Source: Eledone cirrhosa
Lineage: Eukaryota
Direction of reading: 5' to 3'
DNA: 64,000 bases
NCBI GenBank assembly: GCA_964016885.1
Contig: OZ024748.1
Location: forward strand, 30,008,001-30,072,000
Part shown: positions 15,945-28,365 of the stretch, piece by piece
Layout: each line of letters starts with the position of its first letter
Position numbering within the stretch: the first letter of the stretch is position 1
Made by a program: the position numbers and the translations under genes
Notes under the pieces: generated by a model
What the model was told of the DNA's origin: nothing
Databases searched by the model: none
What the model saw: the letters and a program-made list of their open reading frames with translations, nothing else

Positions 15945-16039
15945 GTATGTATATATATATATGTATGTATATATATATATGTATATATATATGTATATAT
16001 ATATGTATATATATGTATATATATATATATGTATATATG

Positions 16040-16070
<31 letters not shown>

Positions 16071-16073
16071 GTA

Positions 16074-16116
<43 letters not shown>

Positions 16117-16291
16117 ATATATGTATATATATATGTATATATATATGTATATATATATGTATATATATGTATATATATATGTATATATATATGTATATAT
16201 ATATGTATATATATGTATATATATATATGTATATATATATATATGTATATATATATGTATATATATATGTATATATATGTATATATATATG

Positions 16292-16374
<83 letters not shown>

Positions 16375-16429
16375 GTATATATGTATATATATATGTATAT
16401 ATGTATATATATATATATATGTATATATG

Positions 16430-16464
<35 letters not shown>

Positions 16465-16497
16465 GTATATATGTATATATATATATATGTATATATG

Positions 16498-16532
<35 letters not shown>

Positions 16533-16535
16533 GTA

Positions 16536-16578
<43 letters not shown>

Positions 16579-16715
16579 TTTGAGTTTATGTTGGTTGTAT
16601 ACCAACACCTCAGTATGCAGGCTGGAGCACTCGACGAAGTGCGCAGGTTGGTTTGTATGTATATATATGTATATATATATATGTATATATGTATATATAT
16701 ATGTATATATATATG

Positions 16716-16750
<35 letters not shown>

Positions 16751-16775
16751 ATATATATGTATATATATGTATATG

Positions 16776-16840
<65 letters not shown>

Positions 16841-17560
16841 GTATGTATATATATATGTATACTTATATATATATATATACTTATGTCAGGTCACCAGTTG
16901 GTGCTACTGGTAACATGTATCCCAGTACAACCTGTCTCATGGTCGGGTCGTTGGCGACTAAACTGGCAACCCCACCAAGGTTTCTTGGTGAGGAGGGTGA
17001 CTGGACATCCTGCAGGACTAAAAACAAAACCTGTCAAAGGGCAAAGGAGCTCTTAAGAGTCAATGGCCATCCAAAATCACCGGGAGAGATGACCCCTTAG
17101 CCTTTGTCAAGGCAGAATTCTAGGAGAAGGAAAACTCTGATATAACACCTGCAACCCTGATGGTATCCAATGATGTTGACTTGTTCTTCTTTTTGGTAAA
17201 TATCATCTTGGTTAAGAGAGTGGGACTGGCTTTGTGCAGTGCCTTTCCTCACTATAAAAGCTTCACAGCACAGGCATTGCTTTATATCTGGAGATCTCTC
17301 TGCACTTGTCATCACATGGTACCATGGGCCCAGCACTAATGGTCAATAATTATCACAAGTGAAGTGTTTGCACCAGAGTTTTCAAGTCGCTGGCTGGACT
17401 AAAAAGTCACACTTGTTTAGCGCATCGGTAGGAGTTCTCCTACATGGATATAAAGTAGTGGCCGTACTCGAAAACGAGTTGGCAGCCACCATATATATAT
17501 ATATGTATATATATATGTATATATATATGTATATTTATGTATGTATATATGTATGTATGT

Positions 17561-17626
<66 letters not shown>

Positions 17627-17805
17627 GTATGTATATATATATGTATATATATATATATGTATATATATATGTATATATATATATATGTATATTTATGTAT
17701 GTATATATGTATGTATATATATATATGTATATGTATATATATGTATATTTATATATATGTATATATATGTATGTATATGTATATATATGTATGTATATGT
17801 ATATG

Positions 17806-17838
<33 letters not shown>

Positions 17839-18437
17839 GTATATATATATATATGTATATATATGTATATGTATATATATGTATGTATATATATATATAT
17901 GTATGTATATATATATATGTATGTATATATATATATGTATATATATGTATATATATGTATATATATGTATGTATATATGTATGTATATGTATATATGTAT
18001 ATATATGTATATGTATATGTATATATATGTATATGTAGATATATGTATATGTATATATATGTATATATATGTATATGTATGTATATGTATATGTTTATAT
18101 ATGTATATATATATGTATATATATATGTATATGTATATATATGTATATGTATGTATATGTATGTATATGTATATGTTTATATATGTATATATATATGTAT
18201 ATATATGTATATATATGTATATGTATATATATGTATATATATGTATATGTATATATATGTATATATATGTATATGTATATATATGTATATATATGTATAT
18301 GTATATATATATATGTATATATATGTATATATATGTATATATATGTATATCTATAGATATGTATATGTATATATATGTATATATATATATGTATATGTAT
18401 ATATATGTATATGTATATGTATATACATGTATGTATA

Positions 18438-18485
<48 letters not shown>

Positions 18486-18759
18486 AATGTATATATATGT
18501 ATATATATATAAATGTATATATATGTATATATATATAAATGTATATATATGTATATATATATAAATGTATATATATGTATATATATATAAATGTATATAT
18601 ATGTATATATATATATAAATGTATATATATGTATATATATATGTAAATGTATATATATATGTATATATATATATATATGTATATGTATGTATATATATGT
18701 ATATGTATATGTATGTATGTATATGTATGTATATATATGTGTATGTATGTATATGTATG

Positions 18760-18792
<33 letters not shown>

Positions 18793-18819
18793 GTAAATGT
18801 ATATATATATGTATATATG

Positions 18820-18852
<33 letters not shown>

Positions 18853-19040
18853 GTATATGTATGTATATATATGTATGTGTATGTATATATATGTATGTGT
18901 ATGTATGTATATGTATGTATATATATATATATTTTTATATATGTATATATATGTATATATATGTATATAAATAATATATGTATATATATATATGTATATA
19001 TATGTATATATATAATATATGTATATATATTTATATATAT
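10720..19040. repeat. Imperfect (TA)n/(TATG) array with embedded islands
   Basis: Directly visible. Interrupted at ~13598-13677, ~16578-16657 and ~16880-17490. Confidence 0.98.
16880..17170 (+). mobile_element. Probable RTE LINE 5' UTR fragment
   Basis: Non-coding structured island containing ctaggagaaggaaaactctga, which I recall from RTE 5' UTRs. No ORF follows. Confidence 0.4.
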
Positions 19041-19193
19041 GTAATAATAATAAAATTGAAGACTAAATCCAAAGAGGGCTCGATGAAATATCCAGTTCTG
19101 CGTTTACAGATTGACTTTGTTAGTTTCAGAAGATCCCGTTAAGGGTGAAAGCAGCGATTCTTTGCTTAAACTTTAATCTGTTATTTAATAAAT
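19041..19193. mobile_element. Rearranged pLTR fragment of the PLE at 35-38 kb
   Basis: 19041-19084 is a direct copy of ~38205-38249. 19085-19193 is the reverse complement of ~38290-38400. Confidence 0.88.
19107..19180 (+). ncRNA. Variant hammerhead-like motif (CAGAAGA core)
   Basis: cagattga..agttt-CAGAAGA-t ccc gttaa ggg t-GAAA-gca..tgc-TT|aaact-ttaatctg. All three stems pair. Confidence 0.6.
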
Positions 19194-19492
19194 ATGTATA
19201 TATATGTATATATATAATATATGTATATATATATATATGTATGTATATGTATATATATAATATATGTATATATATATATATGTATGTATATATATATATA
19301 TGTATGTATATATATAATATATGTATATATATATATATGTATATATATGTATATATATATATATGTATATATATGTATATATATAATATATGTATATATA
19401 TATATGTATATATATATATATGTATATATATGTATATATATAATATATGTATATATATATATATATATGTATATATATGTATGTATATATAT

Positions 19493-19533
<41 letters not shown>

Positions 19534-19729
19534 TATATATGTATATATATGTATATATATATATAGATAGATAAATATACACGGGTGTGTATGATTGTGT
19601 ATAGAAGATTATATTAATAAGAGGAATTCCAACTTTGTCTGATTTACTCGTTTTATTTACAATCCTTTAAAATTTATAATGGTATTATAATGAAATAGTA
19701 TGATAGAATATTAAATGTTAAGTGTTAAT

Positions 19730-19768
19730 TGAATAAGTACTTTCATGCTTTCGCAATCTTCAGGTTCA
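19730..19768 (-). ncRNA. Minimal type I hammerhead-like motif in a ~230-nt solo island
   Basis: Minus strand: tgaac-CTGAAGA-t tgc gaaa gca t-GAAA-gtac-TT|attca. Palindromic stem III. One mismatch at the base of stem I. Confidence 0.68.
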
Positions 19769-19913
19769 TAGTGTGTGGTGACAGTCACGTTTGCAATTTT
19801 CAACTGTGTATATATATATATATATGTATATATATGTATATATATAATATATGTATATATATGTATATATATAATATATGTATGTATATATATGTATATA
19901 TATAATATATGTG

Positions 19914-19948
<35 letters not shown>

Positions 19949-19978
19949 GTATATATATATGTATATATATAATATATG

Positions 19979-21087
19979 TCATCATCATCATCATCATCAT
20001 CATCGTTTAACGTCCATATTCCACGCCTGCATGGGTTTGGACGGGAGTTTTCCCACTTTAGGCAAGAGTTGTCTTGCTCGCATAGGACTGTCTGGCGGGT
20101 TTTCTACGGCTGGATGCCCTTCCTAACACCAACCACATTTACAGTGTGGAACTGGGAGGTTTTTACCGTGTTACCTACACGGCCACATTACAGCGTGGAC
20201 TGTGTGTTTTTTTGTAGTGACACCTACGCGACCTCATTTGTTTCGGGCTGGATGTTGTGACACCAACATAACTTTACATTGAAAGAGGTGGTGTCGATGA
20301 GGTGGGGGTAGTGGGACGGGGGTGTATTTTGTTAGAGGTGCCTACTGACTGTAGTAGGTTTCACTTTGTACTTAGGTAAGGCGGGTCTTCTCTATTACTG
20401 TGTAGCGCCAAAGATCTTGGTCCAGTGACATTGTCTTGGAGAGGTCTAAGTGTGTGAGGTTGGAATTTATTAAGTCGTCCCAGGTTTTACTGGATCTGCC
20501 TACTCCGTGGCTACCGTCTATTTTTATTGCCCTGCACTTTTTTATACAGCTGTCGTCTTTCATGCGCATCACATGACCATATCAACGTAGTCTTCTCTCG
20601 AGTAAACAAAATTTGATCCCTCATATTTCTAATTTCTCCCTTAGTTCGTTTATGCTTTGCCGTTCACGTATATTACTATTACACATCCAGCGGAGCATGC
20701 ACGCTTCGTTTCTCACCAGTCTGCGTATATCCTCTGCGCACAATGCCCAGGTCTCACTGCCATGCAACATTGCTGTTCGTATGCAGGCATCATACAGCCT
20801 GCCTTTCATTTTTAGAGAGAACCCTTTAGCGGCCAATAGTGGTATAAGCTCTCTGAACTTTTTCCATCCCGTTCTGACTCTAGCTACTGTACTTTCAGAG
20901 CACCCTCCCCACACTGCTGATTTTATCACCCAGGTAACGGAAGCTGTCCACTATTTCTATAGAACCCTCTGCGCAATTGAAAGAGCTAGTATTTTGTGGG
21001 CACTTGCTGCTACTTATTGCACCAGAGCACCGGCCACATGTAAAATCTGTGTTCTTAGTTAGCTTACCTGTGTGATGCACCCATACT
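19979..21087 (-). mobile_element. 5'-truncated RTE LINE, family B (frameshifted)
   Basis: [38 protein letters not shown]. ~390-nt 3' UTR and (ATG)n tail. Close relative of 45075-46547. Confidence 0.92.
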
Positions 21088-21105
21088 TATATATATATAT
21101 ATATA

Positions 21106-21192
21106 TAGGGTGTTCAAAAAAAATGTATATACACTTCAGCAATTTTCGAAGCAAAGTGTGTAAACATCTTTGGGACACAGTGTGAGTGTGTG

Positions 21193-21228
<36 letters not shown>

Positions 21229-21302
21229 GGTGTTCCAAAAAAATGTATATACACTTCAACAGTATTCAAATCAAAGTGTGTAAACATATTTGGGATTCCC
21301 TG
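21106..21302. mobile_element. Two tandem ~77-bp micro-MITEs (21106-21182, 21226-21302)
   Basis: Each is almost entirely TIR: cagggtgttccaaaaaaatgtatatacactt / aagtgtgtaaacatatttgggattccctg. Each follows a TA run. Confidence 0.65.
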
Positions 21303-21363
21303 AGTGTGTGTGTGTGTGTATGTATATATATATATATATATATATATTAGTATAGTTCATAAA

Positions 21364-21409
21364 AGTTTAAGCAAAGAATTTCTGCTTTCACCCTAAACAG
21401 ATTCATCCG
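21364..21409 (-). ncRNA. 5'-truncated variant hammerhead-like motif (CGGATGA core)
   Basis: Diverged relative of 38313-38363: CGGATGA-atctgtttagggt-GAAA-gcagaaattctttgc-TT|aaact. The 5' strand of stem I is missing. Confidence 0.5.
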
Positions 21410-21443
21410 TATGTGTGTGTGTATATATATATATATATCAGTC

Positions 21444-21512
<69 letters not shown>

Positions 21513-21539
21513 CAGTGTGTATGTATATATATATATGTG

Positions 21540-21596
<57 letters not shown>

Positions 21597-22164
21597 GTAA
21601 TATACTCACTATTTTTTCTCCATTTCTATACTGATACTAAAGTCGTAGTCAACATTATCAAACGAGTATACATATACAAATATATATATATATATATAAA
21701 TATATAAATATTATATATATATATATATATTATATATATATGATTGTATAGGACTGTCTAAATTAATTATTTGTGACTCATTCCCATGTTAAATCTACTT
21801 CTTTGCGGCAGGAATCTAAAGCAGGTTTCCGTTTCCCTTCCATGGGAACCATAAACAGCCTGTCATTGGCTGAAGCAGACATTACATATACACTTGATAG
21901 GACTGCAGATCTGATAAACTATATATATGTGTTTGTGTCTATATTGTATCTGTTTTATTTTTGACCGTCGGTCAGTCAATGGCAACATTGAGGACCGAGT
22001 AAGTTAGATTACCGATATAAAAGACAGCGAGAAGCGAAAACCAACCAAACAGTGAGTGTGTTCTGTTATTAATTCTGGCAATATTACACAAATATGACCC
22101 TCCCCAAGTATAACAATATATGTATATATATATATATGTATATATGTATATATGTATATATGTG

Positions 22165-22213
<49 letters not shown>

Positions 22214-22609
22214 GTATATATGTATATATATGTATATATGTATATATATATGTGTATATATATATGTGTATATAAATATATATGTATATATATGTATATA
22301 TGTATATATGTATATATGTATATATATGTATATATATGTATATATATGTATATATATGTATATATATGTATATATATGTATATATGTATATATATGTATA
22401 TATGTATATATATGTATATATGTATATATGTATATATGTATATATATGTATATATATGTATATATGTATATATATGTATATGTATATATATGTATATATG
22501 TATATATATATATATGTATATATATGTATATATATATATATGTATGTATATATGTGTATATATGTATGTATGTATATATATATGTATATATATATATATA
22601 TGTATATAT

Positions 22610-23389
22610 GTAGGTCCTGGGTACACAAGAGATGTAGCGGGATAGCAGGCAAACTAACAGGTAGGGAGAACTATGTATGCAGTAGATGTACAGGGAAATT
22701 AGACAGTAGAAGTCGCACTGATAGACACATTTTTCAAATGCGAGAGGGCGCTATAGAAGTGGTGGATAGCTTCCGGTACCTAGGAGATCAGATTAGCATG
22801 GGAGGAGGGTGTTCCGAGGCCATAGTATCTAGAATAAGGACGGGTTGGAAGAAGTTTAGGGAGCTGCTTCCTCTGTTGACGAAGAAGGGTTTCTCCCTGC
22901 GTACGAAAGGCCGGTTGTATGATGCCTGTGTGAGGAGCGCGATGCTGCATGGTAGTGAGACATGGGCAGCTACCGCAGAAGATATGCGACGGCTGGAGAG
23001 AAATGAGGCAAGCATGCTCCGTTGGATGTGCAGTGTAAATGTGCGTGAACGACCCAGCATAAATGTGTTGAGAGAGAAACTGTGTCTGAGAGGGATAGAA
23101 TGTAGTGTACGGGAGAGGAGACTGAGGTGGTATGGACATGTGATGCGCATGGAGGATGACCGATGGGTGAAGAAGTGCCAGGAAATGCCAGTTGAAGGAA
23201 GACGTGGTAGAGGTAGACCACGAAAAACATGGGCGGAGGTGGTGAGAACAGACCTCAGATCATTGAAGCTCACGGTGGAGATGACGAGGGACCGTGACGA
23301 GTGGAGAGATGCTGTGCTGAATAAGACCCGTCCCACCCTTGCAAGCAGGGAAAAGCGGACGTAAAATGATGATGATGATGATGATGATG
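22610..23389 (+). mobile_element. 5'-truncated young RTE LINE, family A
   Basis: Open frame [34 protein letters not shown] ending at TAA 23364, followed almost directly by (ATG)n. Flanked by TA tracts. Confidence 0.95.
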
Positions 23390-23460
23390 TATATATATGT
23401 ATATATATATATGTATATATAATATATAAGAACAAAAGATGGTTAAAAGAGTTCCATGTA

Positions 23461-23527
23461 TTTTATTATGCGCATTTCAAAAACAAATATCATCATGCAA
23501 TAATATTTGTGTTTTCATCAAATAAAA
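23461..23527 (-). ncRNA. Hammerhead motif in the PLE1 3' end (C3U change)
   Basis: Same as 26527-26593 except the core reads TTGATGA. Confidence 0.7.
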
Positions 23528-26526
23528 CAGGAAGACATGATATGAAGGTTAAAAAAACACTTGTGGATAGTGCAGTTTTAAATCAACATATGAAAAGTAG
23601 TTTTAGATTGATGTGTGATGTTGGGAAAAATATTTTATTTTGAGGGGGTGGGGGTGGGGGGGTGGAAAGGATGAAAAAGAGGAGGAGATGAGAGTAAAAA
23701 GTGGAGAGGGAGGAGTATAATGAGGAAGGATGAGATAGGAGGAGAGATGGGTGATAGAGAGCGAGAGATAGCTTTTATAACTGAGAAAAATATATTGTTT
23801 TACATAGAGAGGTTGAAAAACCGTTGGAAGATAATGTATAAATTAAAAGAATTTGAAAATTAATGAAGAGAAAAAAATAATGTAAAGTTAAGGTTTGTAT
23901 ATTGAAGGGTTTAATAATATGTGCGATGGAAAGAAAAAGTTAATATGTATTAAGAATAATATTTAAGGGTTTAATAATATGTGCGATGGAAAGAAAATGT
24001 TGATATGTATTATTAAAAAGAACAACAAGTAATTTAAGTAAGGATATATTGTGAGATGAGCATGAATAAGTTAGATGAAAGGGAGAAAAAAATAATGAAT
24101 TAAGGATGAATAATCTAACGTAAAAAAAATGTTTGTTTACGAAGGATTTTTACAAGGTGATATAGAGTAAGAATGTATTGTATTATGTAATAATTGTTTC
24201 TATGTTAGGCAACAGTGAGAAAAGGTACAGATTAAGGGTTAGACATTAAAAGAAAAAGAGAAGAAAGTGAAGTGATAAATAGGAGTGATATAGAATGAGT
24301 AACAAGTATTATATAATGTATAATAAATAACTTTGAAATAAGGTAGAAAGATGGGTATATTTTTAAAGAAGTATATATATATATATGTGCCTTTGAGAAA
24401 AAGATTCTAAATTGATAAAGTTTTGGATATTAGCTGTATACTTTGTGGAATGTTTTGTGGAATTTATGCAAGCAGATAGAAAACAAGTCAGTGCGTCTAT
24501 TTATTATAGAATCTAAATTAGATATAATGGTAAATTTTTCATTTAGACAGAGATTGCAGATCTTGGATAGAGAACTGTTCAAGTATGGAGACGCAGAAGA
24601 AACCTTCTTCCAAAAGATGCTATATTTAATATTTTTGTCTTTCAAGGACCATATGAGTTCTGAGAGAGCCGTGTTGGTTCTTTTAAGTTTGTATTTAAAA
24701 GACGAATGATGGTTATAAAGACGAGCTTTAATGGAGGTGGAAGTGGAGCCAAAATAGGTGAAGGAATTGGTGTCAGTTATAACTTTACATTCGTAAATTA
24801 AGTTTTTATCAAGACAATGGTTGTTGAGAGGACATTTATTTTTAACAGGGCAATTGCAATTGCGATTAGAGAGATTATTAACGAGTGACCTAGTGTTATC
24901 TATAGAAGGAATTGGATTGGAGAAGTTATTTGCGATAGGAATAATAGTTTCTTGATTTAGAATGGGATTAAGAACATTTAGCGAAGTTGTGTTTGACATT
25001 GTATTTGAGTTTGCAGAAATTAGCCTAGGGTTTACAATGACGTCGGGTGTACTATTACTATTATTATGATATTCAGTGTTGGAAGGAAGAGATTTAGTAT
25101 TTAGTTGTTGTGTTTAGAGATAATGTTGGAAATGTTGGAGGATGTCGAATAGGAAAATTTTATCGTGTGTTTGTTAAACATTTTACTATAGATATGTGAG
25201 GGAGGGAAGCATTTATTTAAGGCACTAAAGAATAATTTAGGAATATTATTATTAATAGAGATGGAGAAAGGAGCATTATACCAGATTATGTTTTTGTATC
25301 TAGGTCTTTTATTAAAGTTATTGGAATGATCATGATTAATTGTTCTACTGTAAGATCTAGAATTTGTTTCTTTACTATATTTGATTTTATCAGGATAGCC
25401 GGCTTTAGAAAGTGCGTTATTATAGTAATTGGCGTTAGCATCAAAGATGTTTTTATTAGAAGATAGGTTAGATATTCTTTTTCCAATATTACTAACTATA
25501 GCATTCTTGATATTAGTAGGATGGTTAGATTTAAAATTAACATAATTTAGGTTCTCAGTGTCAAGATTAAGAGATACATCCAAGAAATTAGCTAGTTTGA
25601 TGCTGTTATCAAATTCAATTTTTAAGTTATGTTGGTTAAAGAGATTACGTATATTGTTCTTAATAATATTAAGGTTAACTATGTTGCAATTTAAGATAGT
25701 AAAGAGTCCATCGTCACGATAAATTCCACCGCGAAGTTGAGGAATTTTCCGACTCAAAGAGTTCGAAATAAAGATACCAATTAAATTTGTCAATTGGGAT
25801 GAATCGGATGCTCCCATTGTGATGTCGAAGTTGTTAGAAGTATCAGCTCTGGTCCAATATTCATTGTTGAACTCTAGGATGGTTTTACGTGCGGTGAGAA
25901 TGATGTGAAGTTCATCTGTGGTGATGTCAGAATATTTAAGTGCGAAAGATAGAGCATTATTGAGAAGTGAAGGCGAAATAGAAGAATAGTAGCTGGCAAT
26001 ATCAAATTGAACAAATTTTAGTTTGTTTTTATTATTCAATTTGTTGAACCAGCCAATCACTTCAGAAGTACCAAACCATAAATTTAAGTTCAAAGAAGAG
26101 CAATTAAAATGAACCTGTGGGATAATTCTATCCAAGATGGCTTTACTAACAACCCCCAGATCTGATTTAGAGGGGGCGATTAATCTAACAGGTAGTTCAG
26201 TGCGAAAATTGTTTTTGTGATCCTTGAGATTTATCCTCGGAGTTCTTGGGAGGAATGGTTCGGTCTTTTTTTCAATGCCAAGTTTTGACATAATCTCGGA
26301 GGCTTAAAGTTTATGTATTCTAAATCATCCTTCCTCATTATACTCCTCCCTCTCCACTTTTTACTCTCATCTCCTCCTCTTTTTCATCCTTTCCACCCCC
26401 CACCCACCCCTCAAAATAAAATATTTTTCCCAACATCACACATCAATCTAAAACTACTTTTCATATGTTGATTTAAAACTGCACTATCCACAAGTGATTT
26501 TTTAACCTTCATATCATGTCTTCCTG

Positions 26527-26593
26527 TTTTATCTGATGAAAACACAAATATTATTGCATGATGATATTTGTTTTTGAAATGCGCATAATAAAA
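26527..26593 (+). ncRNA. Type I hammerhead ribozyme in the inverted pLTR of PLE1
   Basis: ttttat-CTGATGA-aaacacaaatatta..tgatatttgttttt-GAAA-tgcgca-TA|ataaaa. 6-bp stem I, ~14-bp stem II, palindromic stem III, AUA site. Confidence 0.85.
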
Positions 26594-26832
26594 TACATGG
26601 AACTCTTTTAACCATCTTTTGTTCTTATATATTATGTATACTCCAGTCCTACAAACTGTAGAGTGCTTCTTATCCGATATCTGAATTGCTTTATTGTACT
26701 ACAATAAAACTCACCTCCTACATATATGTATATATATATATGTATATATATGTATATATATGTATATATATATATATGTATATATATATGTATATATACA
26801 TATGTGTATATATATATATATGTATATATATG

Positions 26833-26863
<31 letters not shown>

Positions 26864-27185
26864 GTGTATATATGTATATATATATGTGTATATATGTATA
26901 TATATATATGTATATATATGTATGTATATATATGTATATATATATATGTATATATATGTATGTATATATATGTATATATATATATGTATGTATATATATG
27001 TATATATATGTATATATATATATATGTATATATATGTATATATATATATATATATATGTATGTATATATATGTATATATATGTATATGTATATATATAAG
27101 TATATGTATATGAATATATATATAAAAGTATATGTATATGTATATATATGTATATGTATATGTATATATATAAGTATATATACAT

Positions 27186-27538
27186 GGAGGCACATGGCTT
27201 AGTGGTTAGAGCATTGGCCTTGCAATCGAAAGGTTGTGAGTTCAATTCTCAGTCTGGGTTATGTGTTGTTTCCTTGAGCAAGACACTTTATTTCACATTG
27301 CTCCAGTTTACTCAGCTGTAGAAATGAGATGATAGGGACTGGAGTCCCTATCATTCCACTGCAAAGTGGGCGTGCAGGTGCCACGGCAAAAAAGCACCCA
27401 GCACTCACTGTAAATGAGGTTGGTGTTAGGAAGGGCATCCAGCTGTAGAAATCAAGCCAGAATCAGTTCCCGTCCCACCCTTGCAAGCAGGGAAAAGCGG
27501 ACGTAAAATGAAATGATGATGATGATGATGATGATGAT
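27186..27538 (+). mobile_element. Full-length tRNA-derived SINE family B
   Basis: tRNA-like head with A/B boxes and central body. 3' end cccgtcccacccttgcaagcagggaaaagcggacgtaaaatg is identical to RTE family A. Ends in (ATG)n. Confidence 0.92.
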
Positions 27539-27557
27539 ATATGTATATATATATATG

Positions 27558-27590
<33 letters not shown>

Positions 27591-27601
27591 GTATATATAT
27601 A

Positions 27602-28312
27602 TAGAAAGATTTGAATGGATACAGTTTAGTTGAAAGGAATTTATTGACACGTGTTTCTATAACAGTTACATAACCTGAAAACAGCTGCTATCTACAAAGT
27701 TTTAGTTATGCAGACATTCAATATTTCAATGTTATTATTTACTGTCATTTCATCAGAATAATATTACTGAGGACCTATTTAGTTTTTATAGAGAATATTA
27801 GGAGGGAGGGGTGAAGTTGTTAGAAGAATAGTTGAAGGAGTGGTTTTTCGATAGCAGTGAGAATTCTTGGTGGCAGTGAGTAATTAGATTCCCATCTGTT
27901 GTTTTGACATTTTTTATAGAATATATTATTGGTTATTTTTCTAAATCTATAGAAGGATTAGAGATAGTAAAGATATGCGTGGTTGGTTTTGTGTTTGCAC
28001 TTAATTAACATTCAGACTTAAATTTTTCTTTCAAGTGTACGTATCCTTTCACCCACGCATTCACACACAAATATATTTGCACACCTCTACAAAATACATA
28101 TACTCACAATTCACATATTCATATTTACATACATATACACATGCATACACATATATATACACACATGTATTCATGTACATACATACGCGCTCATGTGTAT
28201 ACATTTTCATACTCAACTTATCTTTATATACACACGTATAGACACACACATATATAATACATACTCTAGTCCATGTGTACACACATGCACATACATACAC
28301 ATCTATATACAC

Positions 28313-28365
<53 letters not shown>

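Larger units (their letters stand above)
23421..26632 (-). mobile_element. Penelope-like element 1 (RT + C-terminal GIY-YIG, Hydra-like), 5'-truncated, with an inverted copy of its 3' end
   Basis: ORF 25101-26291 has KDHK..RLIAP..FVQFDIASYYSSI..MGASDS..GIYRDDG. ORF 24430-24999 has CNCPVKNKCPL..LIYECKV..YFGST..KARLYNH..CNLCLNE. 23421-23733 is inverted at 26325-26632. Confidence 0.92.

Noticed and set aside
27186-27260. tRNA gene (also ~7315-7386 and ~56066-56140)
   Set aside because: A/B boxes are present but run into a SINE body and LINE tail. These are SINE heads.
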